Assembly (NCBI GenBank): GCA_000934665.2
Contig: KZ538036.1
Coordinates: 124,001 to 157,345 of the forward strand
Origin: Catajapyx aquilonaris
Lineage: Eukaryota
Reading direction: 5' to 3'
DNA length: 33,345 nucleotides
Position 1 is the first letter of the stretch, and each line of letters opens with the position of its first letter. This document shows positions 1 to 11,383 of this stretch, in pieces. The notes under the pieces were generated by a model, which saw only the letters and a program-made list of their open reading frames with translations, was not told where the DNA came from and did not search any database. The position numbers and the translations under genes were made by a program.

Positions 1-814
1 CAGAAGGCTTGTACATATAATTCTACATTTTCCCAATTTATACCTAATGTACAGCTAATATCACAGCAGATACCAATTTTATAATTAGAACAGTGCATCA
101 TGGCACCATTAAAGACATTGTTAGAAAGTTTTGGCATTGTAAATCGTTTGATTTCAGATAAATAAAAATCCTGAACTTAGTACTGATATGTGCATGGAAT
201 GTTGTATTTCTCAAGGCCACACACACACTGCACATATGAATATAGTGGCATGTTTTTTTTGTGCAACATTTTTTTGGCCTTGATATCAATAATTGTGACC
301 CATTGGCCCCAGACTCTGACAAGCAAACACTAGTGTAGTTGACATATCAAAAAATGCAGGGTGACATTTTCATGAAAAAAATTTGTTGAACTCACCAGTG
401 GACATGACCAAGCATAGGAATAATTAGAACATGTCCATGACATGGACATTGTGGTGTGCATTATAACAAATAGGACTACATTGAATTTGCAGTCTGCGCA
501 ATGACCACCGAATCTTCAGACATCAAGTATGCATGGGATGAAATCAGACATGGCAAATTGCTCCAGGAGAACAACTGAACATGCTTCATTACCCGGATTA
601 TAATTCAATGTACAGTACATGCAAAACAAATAAGCCAGTATGCCATGAGAATTTCATGTAATTTATGTGGACTGTGTTGATCAAATAAATGTTGTAGCAA
701 GATTAATGACCTTGTTACAAATTTTTCTAATTAATAGTATTAACATGTGAGCTGAAGCACATGCATATACGAGTACATATCTGGTAATTATTGTTTGTTT
801 AAAAAAAATTTAAT

Positions 815-985
815 TGTGTATTTTCACCTTCAGAAAGTACATGTACAATAATTTTTATTGTAATTTTCAACTGTTTCATCATATATTTTCACCTTCTTGA
901 AGTACTATGCACATGTAATAATTTCCATTTCCATATTTTCATGTTATGATTGTATTTTCACCTTCAGAAGGTGCACAATAATTTG
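815..985. repeat. Three degenerate tandem copies, ~68-bp period (core TATTTTCACCTTC..AAG..CA..TAATTT)
   Basis: Core visible at about 819, 884 and 953. Confidence 0.7.
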
Positions 986-1026
986 ACCCGGCAATTTTTT
1001 GGATATGCCATGTCTTTTTGGGTACT

Positions 1027-1492
1027 TTATACAACCTGTAAGCACAGTTCACAATAAAACAACTGACCCCAACTATTATCCCCTGCATGATAACAACATA
1101 GAGGAGACTCGCACTGTTGCGTCTCATCTCTAGTCACTCTGTAATAAGGGCAACAATATTTTGGTCCAATCCTGTCTGCTTCTCTGACTCCTGAGAGGTA
1201 AGCTCCGTGGGCAGTTGAGTAGATGAAAGGATGTGTGGCCTCTCCGGCGAACAGGAAGATCGGATTGTCCTCGTCCGGAAAAGGATGGGACAGCATGAGG
1301 GTGTCCTCCTGGGTGCCCTCTGACCCTGCCACTATGTAGGAGTAGATGCCCCTGAAGAGAGGGTCGCTGCACCAACCGGTCCTCAGGATACCAGTTGGCC
1401 TGGGGATGGTCGGGTAACCAGTGAACTGCCATCAGGAGATTGGTGCACACAGACAGAACCTCATCCTAACTCAGCTGCTCCATGATGATCGC
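1027..1492 (-). pseudogene. Disabled terminal exon of a spermine/polyamine oxidase (SMOX/PAOX-like flavin amine oxidase)
   Basis: After acceptor ttttgtgacatttccag it reads AIIMEQLS*DEVLSVCTNLL, then +1 frameshift near 1431, then QFTGYPTIPRPTGILRTGWCSDPLFRGIYSY...FAGEATHPFIYSTAHGAYLSGVREADRI. This matches the PAO C-terminal FAD motifs. In-frame TAG at 1468-1466. Confidence 0.85.
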
Positions 1493-1594
1493 CTGGAAAT
1501 GTCACAAAAAAATGTTTAGCATTACGTACAACTCTATCGAATTAGCTAAGAGTGACTGCTAAGCGTGATGGAAATAAGAAGAAGAAAAAAAAAT

Positions 1595-1666
1595 CGCTCC
1601 TGTCTGGGCTCGAACGTGGGCCCTTACAATTAGCAGGCGGCGACTCTAACCATTCGCCTACAAGCC
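1595..1666 (-). pseudogene. tRNA-like pseudogene / SINE head with poly-T terminator
   Basis: A-box-like TAGGCGAATGG, loop CTGCTAA, B-box GTTCGAGCC, then a T-run. Anticodon and T stems do not pair, so it is not a functional tRNA. Confidence 0.6.
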
Positions 1667-2551
1667 ACCAGTATGTATAGCCCGCCCCCTCTTGGAAGTT
1701 GTAGTTTCACTGCAGGATTATTATCTGCTGAAAACAAACTCACCACCGACCTTCACCAGGTAGTCAAATCAGGTTAGGACATACTGAACTCTGCTACAAG
1801 TACATATTCTGAACTCGGGTTATTTAACTTCTTCCACAGGCGGTCATAAATTGGGCGAGAAAAATGGGGACGGGCCACAAATAGGTTACCTTATCAGTTA
1901 TCACATTGGATTCTTCTTCATCGTGCCTTATGCTGATCTGCTCTTCTTGTGAGAGGTGGTAGTGCTTCGCTCGACGGTTCGTGATCTCAACAGTTATTCA
2001 TGTCATTTTTGTTAATTATTATTTTTAGTGTGCCCGAGTGTGCCTATATATCAAGCTTCGCTTCCACTAATACACCACAACACTAGATCTGCCACTGTGA
2101 GTATGTGTGAACGAGTGCGCTGGAATGATTTCTTTATTTGCGCATTTTTGAGGGTAATTTATTTTCAATCGGTTAACAGGCGTGGTACTTATAGCTTTGG
2201 GTCGACCGATATGTTACGGAATTATTCGGCAGGTTAATTGGGAGGTGAGAGATGGCTCCTTTAGTGATGGTCATTTCGTCGGCAACAATGCAGCAGGACC
2301 TCAATGGTGGTGTCAACTTCCATTTGCAATTTTTAGTCAACGTGACGAAATGAGCTGATATTTGGTGTAGCTTTGTGCTAACCCTGGCGTTCAATGATTT
2401 TTGCGGAGTCCCGCTGTAAAACCCTGTCAAATGGGGTGGGTTCCAATGTTGACCTCCAAATTTTATTGAGGCGACAGCAGGGCGCGTGGAAATTAGCTTT
2501 CGCCGTATTTTAAAAATGCATTTAAGATTTATGCATTATAATTATGAAGTA

Positions 2552-3631
2552 CTAGCAGGTTACCCGGCGTTGCCCGCGGGTATGTTGGGGTGCTGGTAAA
2601 GATAGGGGTACATATCTGTGATAGATTACCTGCTTGTCGTAGCCTACAGTCGACACGGATATTGTGATTGGATGTGTAAAAAGAGGAATGCGGATGGAGT
2701 TGGCCCAGGAAAAGACTGCACAGCCATGTGTTTTTTCCCCTGCATTTTTGACCCCTTGACCCCCCCCCCCCAACCCCACTTCACACCCCCACCTCGTTCC
2801 ATGTTTGCTCTGAATAACTTTAGAAATGTACGTACAGATGTATGATGGGAAATTTTGTTTTCAACACGGAGCTTTTGCAAATACTGTATTATTTAATTGT
2901 ATTTACTTTGTCTGGAAGTCTAGTTTCAAATCCCACAAAATCCCGGAATTACCAGCATAAGATACGAAGTCACGTGAGGTGGCCAATTAGCGTAATTGGT
3001 GGATGCGCTGAATTTACGGAGATGGTTTAATTTGCTAGGTATTGTGGCATGAGGGCATTTCCTAGGGGAGACAAAGTGGCGCTGCAGAAATGTCGGGTTC
3101 GATCCCGGCCCGGGGTTCCCTCCTTCATCCCGTGTAGAGTTGGGTCGTCTCTGGCTTCGTTTCGGGTGGAATCTCCTCAGACTAATCCACCCGGGGGAGT
3201 TCACAAAATATACCGTTTGAGAATTGCACTTGCACCTTGCACATCCCCTCCCAGTCAGCCTGCCCGTGGGCCCGGGCGCTACGTCAAAACGGTTCCATCA
3301 AGACGAAATAAAGGTTCCCTCCCTGCGGTACGATGCAGGGAGGTAAATAGCTAAAAAAAAAAGATGGGCATTTCCATGGGAATGCAAATTGATTTATTGT
3401 TATTGATGTAAGCTAATTGTTGAGGCAGGAATATGCGTGTTGTGGGAGTTAGGTACATTTTCGGAAGCTGAAACATGCGGCGTTAGATTCCTCGGAAAAA
3501 GTAACCCACCATATGCTAATTTAAGGCGGTGTATAGGGGCCTTCCCCTGGATTTCTACGTATAAGGGACAAACATCCAAACTCACAAACTAACAATCAAG
3601 CATTCCTTATTTATATATATAGAGATAGAGA
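2552..3631 (-). mobile_element. Non-autonomous Helitron-like element
   Basis: On the minus strand: 5' A|TCTCTATATATATAAAT (start 3625 or 3631), 3' GC-rich hairpin CCCGCGGGCAACGCCGGG followed by CTAG|T. Confidence 0.7.
3063..3365 (+). mobile_element. tRNA-derived SINE nested in the Helitron-like element
   Basis: B-box GGTTCGATCCC, poly-A tail, 10-bp TSD GGGCATTTCC (3053-3062 / 3366-3375). Confidence 0.75.
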
Positions 3632-4762
3632 TAATATGAAGTATGTGGGAATGAGACAATGACGTAATTTTAGAAATTCAGAAGAAAATGGGTCACGTCA
3701 GAATACAAATCGTCATTTTACAAGTTCTGTCTTTTTCAGGTCCAGGTCCAACTGCAACGAAACGCATCAGGGCTATGGTAGCCAACCAGGCTATGATACC
3801 AGGTAGCCCACCACCTGTGGCTTGGCAAGAAGGACTAGTACAAGCAATTCAAGCGGCCATCCAAGGAGTGCTGGCATCACCAGAAATTCAAGCGAGTCTC
3901 CAAGAAGTGATGGCATCAGCAATTCAAGCAGCACAGGCACAGGTACAAAATAATGTAAGTGTGACAGTGATGCTGTGTACGCTGCAGGCTAATACTATAA
4001 CACGTATTCCGTTGCTGACGACCCAAAAAAAAGGGGACAACAGCATCAGCCCGTCAGGCACCTCCGCCACCGCCACCGCCGTCCCCTCCTGCCGTGTAAA
4101 TGTGTATAGGTGTAATAACGAGCGTTTTTTTTCTTTGAAATAATAAATTATTGTTCATGATATAATAAGTAATTTGATTCCTTCAGCGAAAGTGGAGCGA
4201 AGTTGGAGTTGAGTTAATGGCGAATAAATAAATAAAAAGTCACTTTAAAAAACCATTGTTGAAACAATGGCAGATTCGGATTTGGATGTGTATAATTATA
4301 TTGTTGAATTATAATAAAATTGTTAGCTCATTGCTTATCTTCTTAATAGTTTAAATTCAACAGTGAGACAACTAGAGGTAGACTTTTGTCTAATTTCCCC
4401 TCTGTGGCAGCAGTTTTTTTTTCCCCCTAATTAACTTTTATTTCCCATTTTAGCACCACATGAATTTCGAAACTGTGCACACACCGAATTTTATGTAGCC
4501 TATACTTGGAATTATTACATTATTTACATACAAATATATACTAATGGAATTGTGTAATATTTCATGGATATTTCAGTTCTTTTTTTAACGCTACCAAGCT
4601 ATATACCGCCATCGCCTAGATTTTCTCATACACGTACTCCGAAGATAAGGACAAGATATTTTACAAATACGAACAGCTAGAGTGCTGTACGTATCGTATC
4701 ATACACTACAGGCTGCACTGTGGCATGTGGATATATATAGCGAACGGGTTAATAAGTTAGTA

Positions 4763-5233
4763 CAGTTGAATCCAGATAAAACAAACTTCAAGAGACCGCG
4801 GAAAAAGTCTGTTATAACCGAGGTCCGTTTATTAGCTTAATCGCTACGCAACGTAAACAGATTTCTGCTTTCAATATGGCTGTAACATGCACTTCTATAG
4901 ACTATAATTATATACAGATGAAATCTGTCAAAAATGCAATATTAGCTAACCCGAAAATTATGCAGGACCAAAATATCATGAAATTTTCTTCTGCAGTCTC
5001 CCTTAATTGCAAATTTTATACCTGGAAAACTACATTTTCCCACAGAGGGGCCAAGAAATGGTGTGTTATATACCACGAGGTGAGGTGAAAATGAGTCTGT
5101 TATATATATATATGTATATCAGGAGTCAAAATAACACAGGGCCTTATATTATGGAAGCATGCCGGATTGCCGGGACCGGCCTTTATAACCAAAGGTCTGT
5201 TATAGCCGGGGCTGTTATATCCCGATTCAACTG
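4763..5233. mobile_element. Tc1/pogo-type MITE
   Basis: TA|CAGTTGAATC ... GATTCAACTG|TA terminal inverted repeats with TA TSD. Confidence 0.8.
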
Positions 5234-5818
5234 TAATAAGTATAGGCCTACAGTACAATGCGTTCACCCCAGAGCCCTGCCAGAGCAGCGGGGTAACATT
5301 TCTCTAACAATATAATGGCTAGTTGGCCAACAAGAATTGACGTTGCTAAGTGATAGAACCGCATGAATAAATGAAGTAAAGGCGGAAAATACTGGGGGTT
5401 AAACAATCATAAAAAAATCAATCATAACTTCAATCCTACCCTGTATCAGTTGCAATTGATAGGTTTGGAACATAGATCCGCACCATCCTATACTGCGCAT
5501 CGGCCCTTTGATGAAGAAACATAATTCCGAATAGTTATTGGAGCAAAAAAAATAGAAAGGAATTTTTTAATAGATTTTAATTTCTTGCGGCGTTTTAAAG
5601 CTGAATTCAGTTTAGCTGCAAATTGTAGGAATGCACTTCACGGCGGTGGGGATCTGTGTGCAAAATTTGGAAGCTCTACCTATACAGCAGAACTTGAGTT
5701 AGAGCGAATAAAAAAAAAGTAACAACATGAACAAGAAGAAGTAGGAAAAATTCAGTTGAAATGCTATATATGCTACTGTCTTATACTTAGGATCTATCGG
5801 CCCTAAAATAAAGCATTG

Positions 5819-6252
5819 TGTAAATGAAATAAGTGCGCATTTTTTTCAGAATTGTAGAGAGACTCGAATGAAACATTTTTTGCCATTACACTTGGTGCCC
5901 CAGACGCTTCTGGTAAGTCAGAAAACAAGGGTTTGTCACGTGTCTTACAAACACGTCATGTCCTCAGTTAGACTGTGGTATAACCACGGTTAGACGTATG
6001 TGTGTGTGTGTGACGTGTCGCAAAACTATTAATTATTATTGCAGTAGTATGGTAATTGGTAACCATGGTATTACTATGGCCCTTGACGTGTTTGTATGAC
6101 GCGTGACAAACCCTCGTTTTCTGACTTTACGAAGCGTCTGGGGCACCAAGTGTATATAGGCCTATTGGCAAAAAAAAAATGTTTCAATTTCTATATAGTC
6201 ACTATATCATTCCGCATAAAACGCGCACACTTATTTCATTTACAGCACCCTG
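5819..6252. mobile_element. Foldback MITE with ~140-170 bp imperfect inverted arms (Tc1/mariner-like CACCCTG end, left end eroded)
   Basis: TACACTTGGTGCCCCAGACGCTTC / GAAGCGTCTGGGGCACCAAGTGTA and TGTAAATGAAATAAGTG / CACTTATTTCATTTACA. Confidence 0.8.
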
Positions 6253-8221
6253 GTATGTAGAAAGATTACATTACAACCAGATCATACAAACTGCTGCACC
6301 AATCACGAAAGATTATGCCAAAAGTAACTGGTTGAAAATGAGAAGTTTTAATTTAAAAAAGCTAACTACTGTAGTAATTTCAGTTGGAACAACTTGTACA
6401 CTATAGAATGATATCATATGTGAAACTTAACAAGTAAACTGCACGTTAGCCATCTACTTGGACTACAGAATATAATCATCAATAATAATTATTGACGGCA
6501 ACGCGACGATGAGTCCTTCGTGGATTGGATTACCATCAGCATGAATCAGGGGTAATGATCATAATCTTATGGGTTCTAGATTTTATGCAGTGTAGGGTTA
6601 CTCCAAAATGGACCGACATTTTATAATTATGTAATAAGATACAAAAAGTCCGCAATAATAATTATTTGCATTTTTGTAGAAAAAATTGTCATGTTCCTAC
6701 ATTAATTTTTATAACTGTCCGAATATTACATTGATTTAAAAATATGCTAATTATCATTTTGGAGGCAGATCGACAAAATATGATCAAAATATGATCAAAT
6801 AATGTTATCTGTCAGTATAGTTGCTCAAACTCGATATTTGATCCAAGTGTTTGGTAAATGCTACAAAGTTTTACCTATATACCTTATTGTCACTTCATAT
6901 AAACTGCTTCACTTTGATTTTACTGAATTAGGGTCAAATGATATTACTGTAATTACTGCGTAGGTTACAAGAACAGTACTAAACAATGGCAACAAAATAA
7001 TGATGATGCCATTTGCCTCCTATAAAAATCAGAGTACATAATCTGGTGTTCCACTAGGTAAATTTTTCAGACTGTCCCTGCAAGAGGAAATCGATGCGAA
7101 ACCATTTTTTTGCCTATTTTTTTTACGAATAAGTAATTTCTGAAATTATGCATCCAGTCTGACCCTAATATATACCATAACCTTTTAAAGAATGCAACTA
7201 GGTTAATGTGGCTATAAATGCACTTGACTTGCAACTTGGGTCAACAACAAATGAGCTGTCATTTAAGGAGGGATGCTCCGGGGAGCAAATATCAGCATCC
7301 AATTAATGTATTTTTGTCACTCTTATGCTGTTGGATTGTGGGTTTTATTCTATATATATACAAAATATTGAAATCTTAATCTTGTTGTGCATGTGTAAGT
7401 ACTGTACTGATTTATAACTTATATACAGTGTTATATAGGCGTTGAAAGGGAGGACGTTGGTGGGCGGAGGGGAGATGGGTTGAGAGGGGGTGTCGAAAAA
7501 ATTAAGTGGGAAATGAGGTGTCAGGACGAATCATGGGAGGGGGGCTTGAGGCTCAGCCAGAACAGCACGTCGGTGAAAATCCGCACAGATAATCCGCTCT
7601 GACATCTCATTATTATCCCGTATTTAGGGAGGCGGACTTCCATGTCAGGGAGGCTGGGGGGGTTGGAAAGAGAGATATACTGTACACACTTTTTTTTAGT
7701 ACAAAAAGTTGCTGGAAAGATGTTTTTTTTTCTCCTATATATACATTTTTGGTGCTGCAACAGATGTTTTCAACAATGGCCCAGCAGTGGACAATTGGAG
7801 TCCGGATTTGAATGGTGCAGCTGGACTGAGAGGAAAAATAGAGGGAATGGCTAGCAAAAGGACCGTTTCGCGTCGGTGCAGATCAAAGAGACACTCTGAC
7901 ACTGGACGTTGGTGTCACAGGTGTCAAGCTTGCTGGGACTTGGAAAAGTATATGAATCAGAGGGTGCGGTCAGATGGAGTCGGAATAAAGCAGAGAGCTT
8001 ACCAGTTGGACTCGTGAACATGGGAAGCATTTGAACGACCCAGTAGAATATAAAGGCAGCTCCGACTTACGTAGATCCGGACTTACGTGAAAGTTCCAAG
8101 TTACGTAAAACTCGACTTACGGATAGGGTAGCCGAAGTCGGAGACTCATCACCTATATAGGCAGTAGTTATCATAGCTTTCACTTTCCCTGTTCACCAAT
8201 TAGAAGACATTTAGCGGCAAT

Positions 8222-8380
8222 GGTGACTCATCACCAACGTGTACGTAGTAGGCCTACTACTTCCGCATTGAGAGTGGCAGTAGTGTGCAGAGGAAGAGCC
8301 TAAGCGCCAACTGGTAGTGGCCTTTCGTACTACGTTAAAGTTGGGGATGGGCCAAACGGAGCCAGAATTTGGCAACGGGT
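8222..8380 (+). mobile_element. Short MITE-like dispersed repeat, copy A
   Basis: Reverse-complement match to ~21993-22130 (GGTGACTCATCACCAACGTG.ACGTAGT ... GTAGTGTGCAGA ... AGCGCCA.CTG ... GGGCCAAA). Confidence 0.75.
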
Positions 8381-10487
8381 CCGCTACTAAGTCTATATTA
8401 ATTGAAGTGAGCTGTTTCAGACTGCATACACTATGAATGTCACATACACACATCTAATGCAACAGTCAACAATCTAACCACTTGAAAATGTCCCAAAATT
8501 TCCCCTTCCTAAAGAGGTCCCACCAGCCAGTGGTTTTCCCCCACCTCTCAGCTCGTGCCTTGATTTATAATGTCCTTTTGCTGCTGGAGTCTGGGGACCC
8601 CACCTTTTGTGCTAGTGATTTGCTGACGCACTTTGATGCTTTCAACTCCTGCTGTGTGTTATGTTGCTTGTTCAAAAAAAAAGAGAGAGAGCAGTCAGAC
8701 TTTTTCGAGGACCTTTTTGGCACTCCCTGTATTCCCCCTGAACGCAGGTGGTAAGGGCTACCTTTAAAATGGTTGGGGAGTCACCGTGTTCAATGACTTC
8801 CCAAATGGTTTTCTCACGGACATTTCCACGCCTGTTGGGACCACCATTCAGGCCATTAGAAACAAGTTGTCACATTCTAGGAGTACGATGTAACTCATGT
8901 TCCGACAATGTCCAAAATTTATAACGAATAATTTGTAGATAACTTGCCAGTAGTATCGCATGCATCTTTGCCTTATTGGAATATCTTTTGAAAAGGGGGG
9001 GAAAAAGGTGTGGTTTTGAAGGAAAGAGCTAGAGAAGTCGTGTGGAAAAGCCGTTTCTTGACTTGTGAAGGAGAAAAGGCGGTTCGAAGAAAAAGCAGTG
9101 TCTTCGCTTCCTTCTCCTCATACATTCGCGGCCTTAAAATCCCATGTTTATTCATCAATATTGATTCCTTTTCTGCCACTCCATACTTTTCCTTTGCTGA
9201 TTCAAACCCAAGCGACTTTTATCACATTGGGTTGACCGGGCCCCTTTTTGCATCAGGCATGGATGATGCAAAAAGGCTTGTGTTTGAAGATATATACTGC
9301 GCTTTTTTGTATACCCGTACTAAAAAAATTATATCTAAAGTAGTTTGATATTCAGTGGTTTTGTTCTATATAAATATTTACAATGTAGCATCCACTCCTT
9401 GAAAGTAAATTCGCATTTATTTGACAGAATCTGTCAATTTTAGAATAATTTTCAATGTGTTTTAAATAAAATTCCGACTGAGTTCGAACAAATTGATATT
9501 TTTATGAAGTTTTTAAGAATAGTGGACACATATTTTTTTCACGATTTCGAGTGATTAACTTTAACGAGAGCCAATTTATGTGCTTCTAAGCAATAATTTG
9601 AATAGTACTGCCACAGGTTGTTTCAGAAATAATTATTATGACCTGCAGTACCGTGCATTTACAAGAACTGATGGAAATTACAATACTAACTTCATAAATT
9701 ACTCGTCATCACCACTTTCAGAGTTACGTATTTGAGTGCTAGCTTTTTCGATCAATTTGAGCGATTTTAACGCAGTTTCTGTGATATACGCCATCGAAAT
9801 AGCAAGTCAGTCCGTTTGAGTGCAAATCTCCTTTCAAGTGAGGCAATCAGTTCTGTCAGTCGTGTTTTCGTCGATGTGGGTAAAAAAGTTTTACTCAAAT
9901 TGATGGGAAAATTACCGATGTAAGAGTAAATTAGTTTAATCTGAAGGTGATTTTAGCCTATATAGTAGCTGTCTTTTGTTATTTTTGCATTGCGGTAATT
10001 TTATTTTGACTCTTGATTTCTCTGCTGTAATAATAGCACTCAGTGATTTTGAGTCATATGTACCTTTCAACTGACTCAATAATGTTATTAAAGTAATTTG
10101 TCAGTAACTTTGAGTAAAAATATGCTTCAATGACACAACTGTTACTTTTAAAATAAAACTTTGGATGACTCAATGAAACATAGCTCTGCGGCAGAGATCA
10201 ATGAATATTTTCATGTCGTATATTTGAGATGACACTTTTTGGCACCCCGGTTTCGGCAAAAAAAAATACACATTTTGTTTTCTGAAACTGTTTTTGTGTA
10301 TCGTTGCGTGGTCCAGCCACCATGAGAAAAACGCATGCGAATTGTCTCATTATTTGTATTCGTTGGTACAAAACACTTTTCAATAATAATGAAAAAAAAA
10401 CGCTTCCTTTTGGTCTGCATTAGAAGTCTGCATACCAAATTATTTACATGACAAATAGAATTTTAAATTGTTTTCTCTGTCGATGTA

Positions 10488-10602
10488 TATGAAGACCTTC
10501 GGGAGAAGAACGATCAAGGTCCACTTTTTGTCAAAAATGACATTTCAGAAGATACTTTCACAGTAGTGTTGAATATTATGGTATGGTCGTGCTGGTTGTG
10601 GG
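10488..10602. repeat. Dispersed repeat fragment, inverted copy at 28438-28571
   Basis: GATCAAGGTCCACTTTTTGTCAAAAATGA and TGGTCGTGCTGGT are reverse complements of sequence at 28438-28571. Confidence 0.75.
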
Positions 10603-11009
10603 GGACTGATCATAGGTCACTATGGAAAGTCGGATTTACAATGGATAGGCCTACCTATTGCAATAACATTTTGCTGAAAGTCATTTTTTGCCAACATGCC
10701 AATCCCAATAATTCCAATATCTTTTCACAAGCATAACACTGTATACTCACGACAAACACGTGGATCTTGCAGCGGGAAACCTTGGTTTTGAGAGTCGAGC
10801 ACCTTAAACCCAAACATACGTGGGTGGAGTAAAAAATACCCCCCCCATGAACCCCCTCAAAAAAAAAAAAAGATGATGAAGATGGTATGGGGGTGGAGGG
10901 GGATGGAGGGGATGGTCCTTCTATAAGACTTAGAAAAAGAAGAGAAGAGAAGAGAGCAGGAAAAATCAATGGTTCGGGGTGTAGAGTTGATTTGGGCAAA
11001 GTGGCTGCG

Positions 11010-11074
11010 ATTGGTCAATCCCCCCTTCGGCGGTCCTATGGCTGGGATTGGTTGGGGACCCGAGTGCGGGGCGG
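11010..11074 (+). promoter_or_regulatory. Candidate Pax6 promoter: two inverted CCAAT boxes plus a GC box
   Basis: ATTGG at 11010 and 11047 and GGGGCGG at 11068, in a GC-rich island about 300 bp upstream of a GTGAGT donor (11384). Confidence 0.4.
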
Positions 11075-11311
11075 CCGTGATGAATTGGGCCACCGAGCTG
11101 GAAAACATTGCCTGATGGCCGCTCGCAGACATAACTAACTAAGCTGCATTCCGGGGAACATTAGGAACAAAAGCTTAGCCCCGGTTTTTCCTCCTTGTCA
11201 CCCCTCTCAACTCATATAGGAGAAAAGAGAGGTCAGAAGAAGGAAAGAAGAAAAAAAGTAACAAGGAGGATAATTTAGTGGTGGTCATCGAGAGGAGGTG
11301 ACGGATGTTGG

Positions 11312-11383
11312 ATGGTGGGTGCCCTGGCAGTTATGATCTGTGAGGACGTCCCCGACCTTTGCACTCAAGTTACGGCCAGCTGT
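11312..11383 (+). CDS. Putative upstream Pax6 coding exon (MVGALAVMICEDVPDLCTQVTASC)
   Basis: 24 open codons ending at TGT|gtgagt (phase 0), in frame with acceptor 15099 (TADDETASVCLRGEG-MPHK). Confidence 0.4.

Noticed and set aside
8482..8754. Possible further upstream Pax6 exon with donor GTAAGG at 8751
   Set aside because: The open frame ends in phase 2 and fits none of the downstream acceptors; it could be a UTR exon but there is no support
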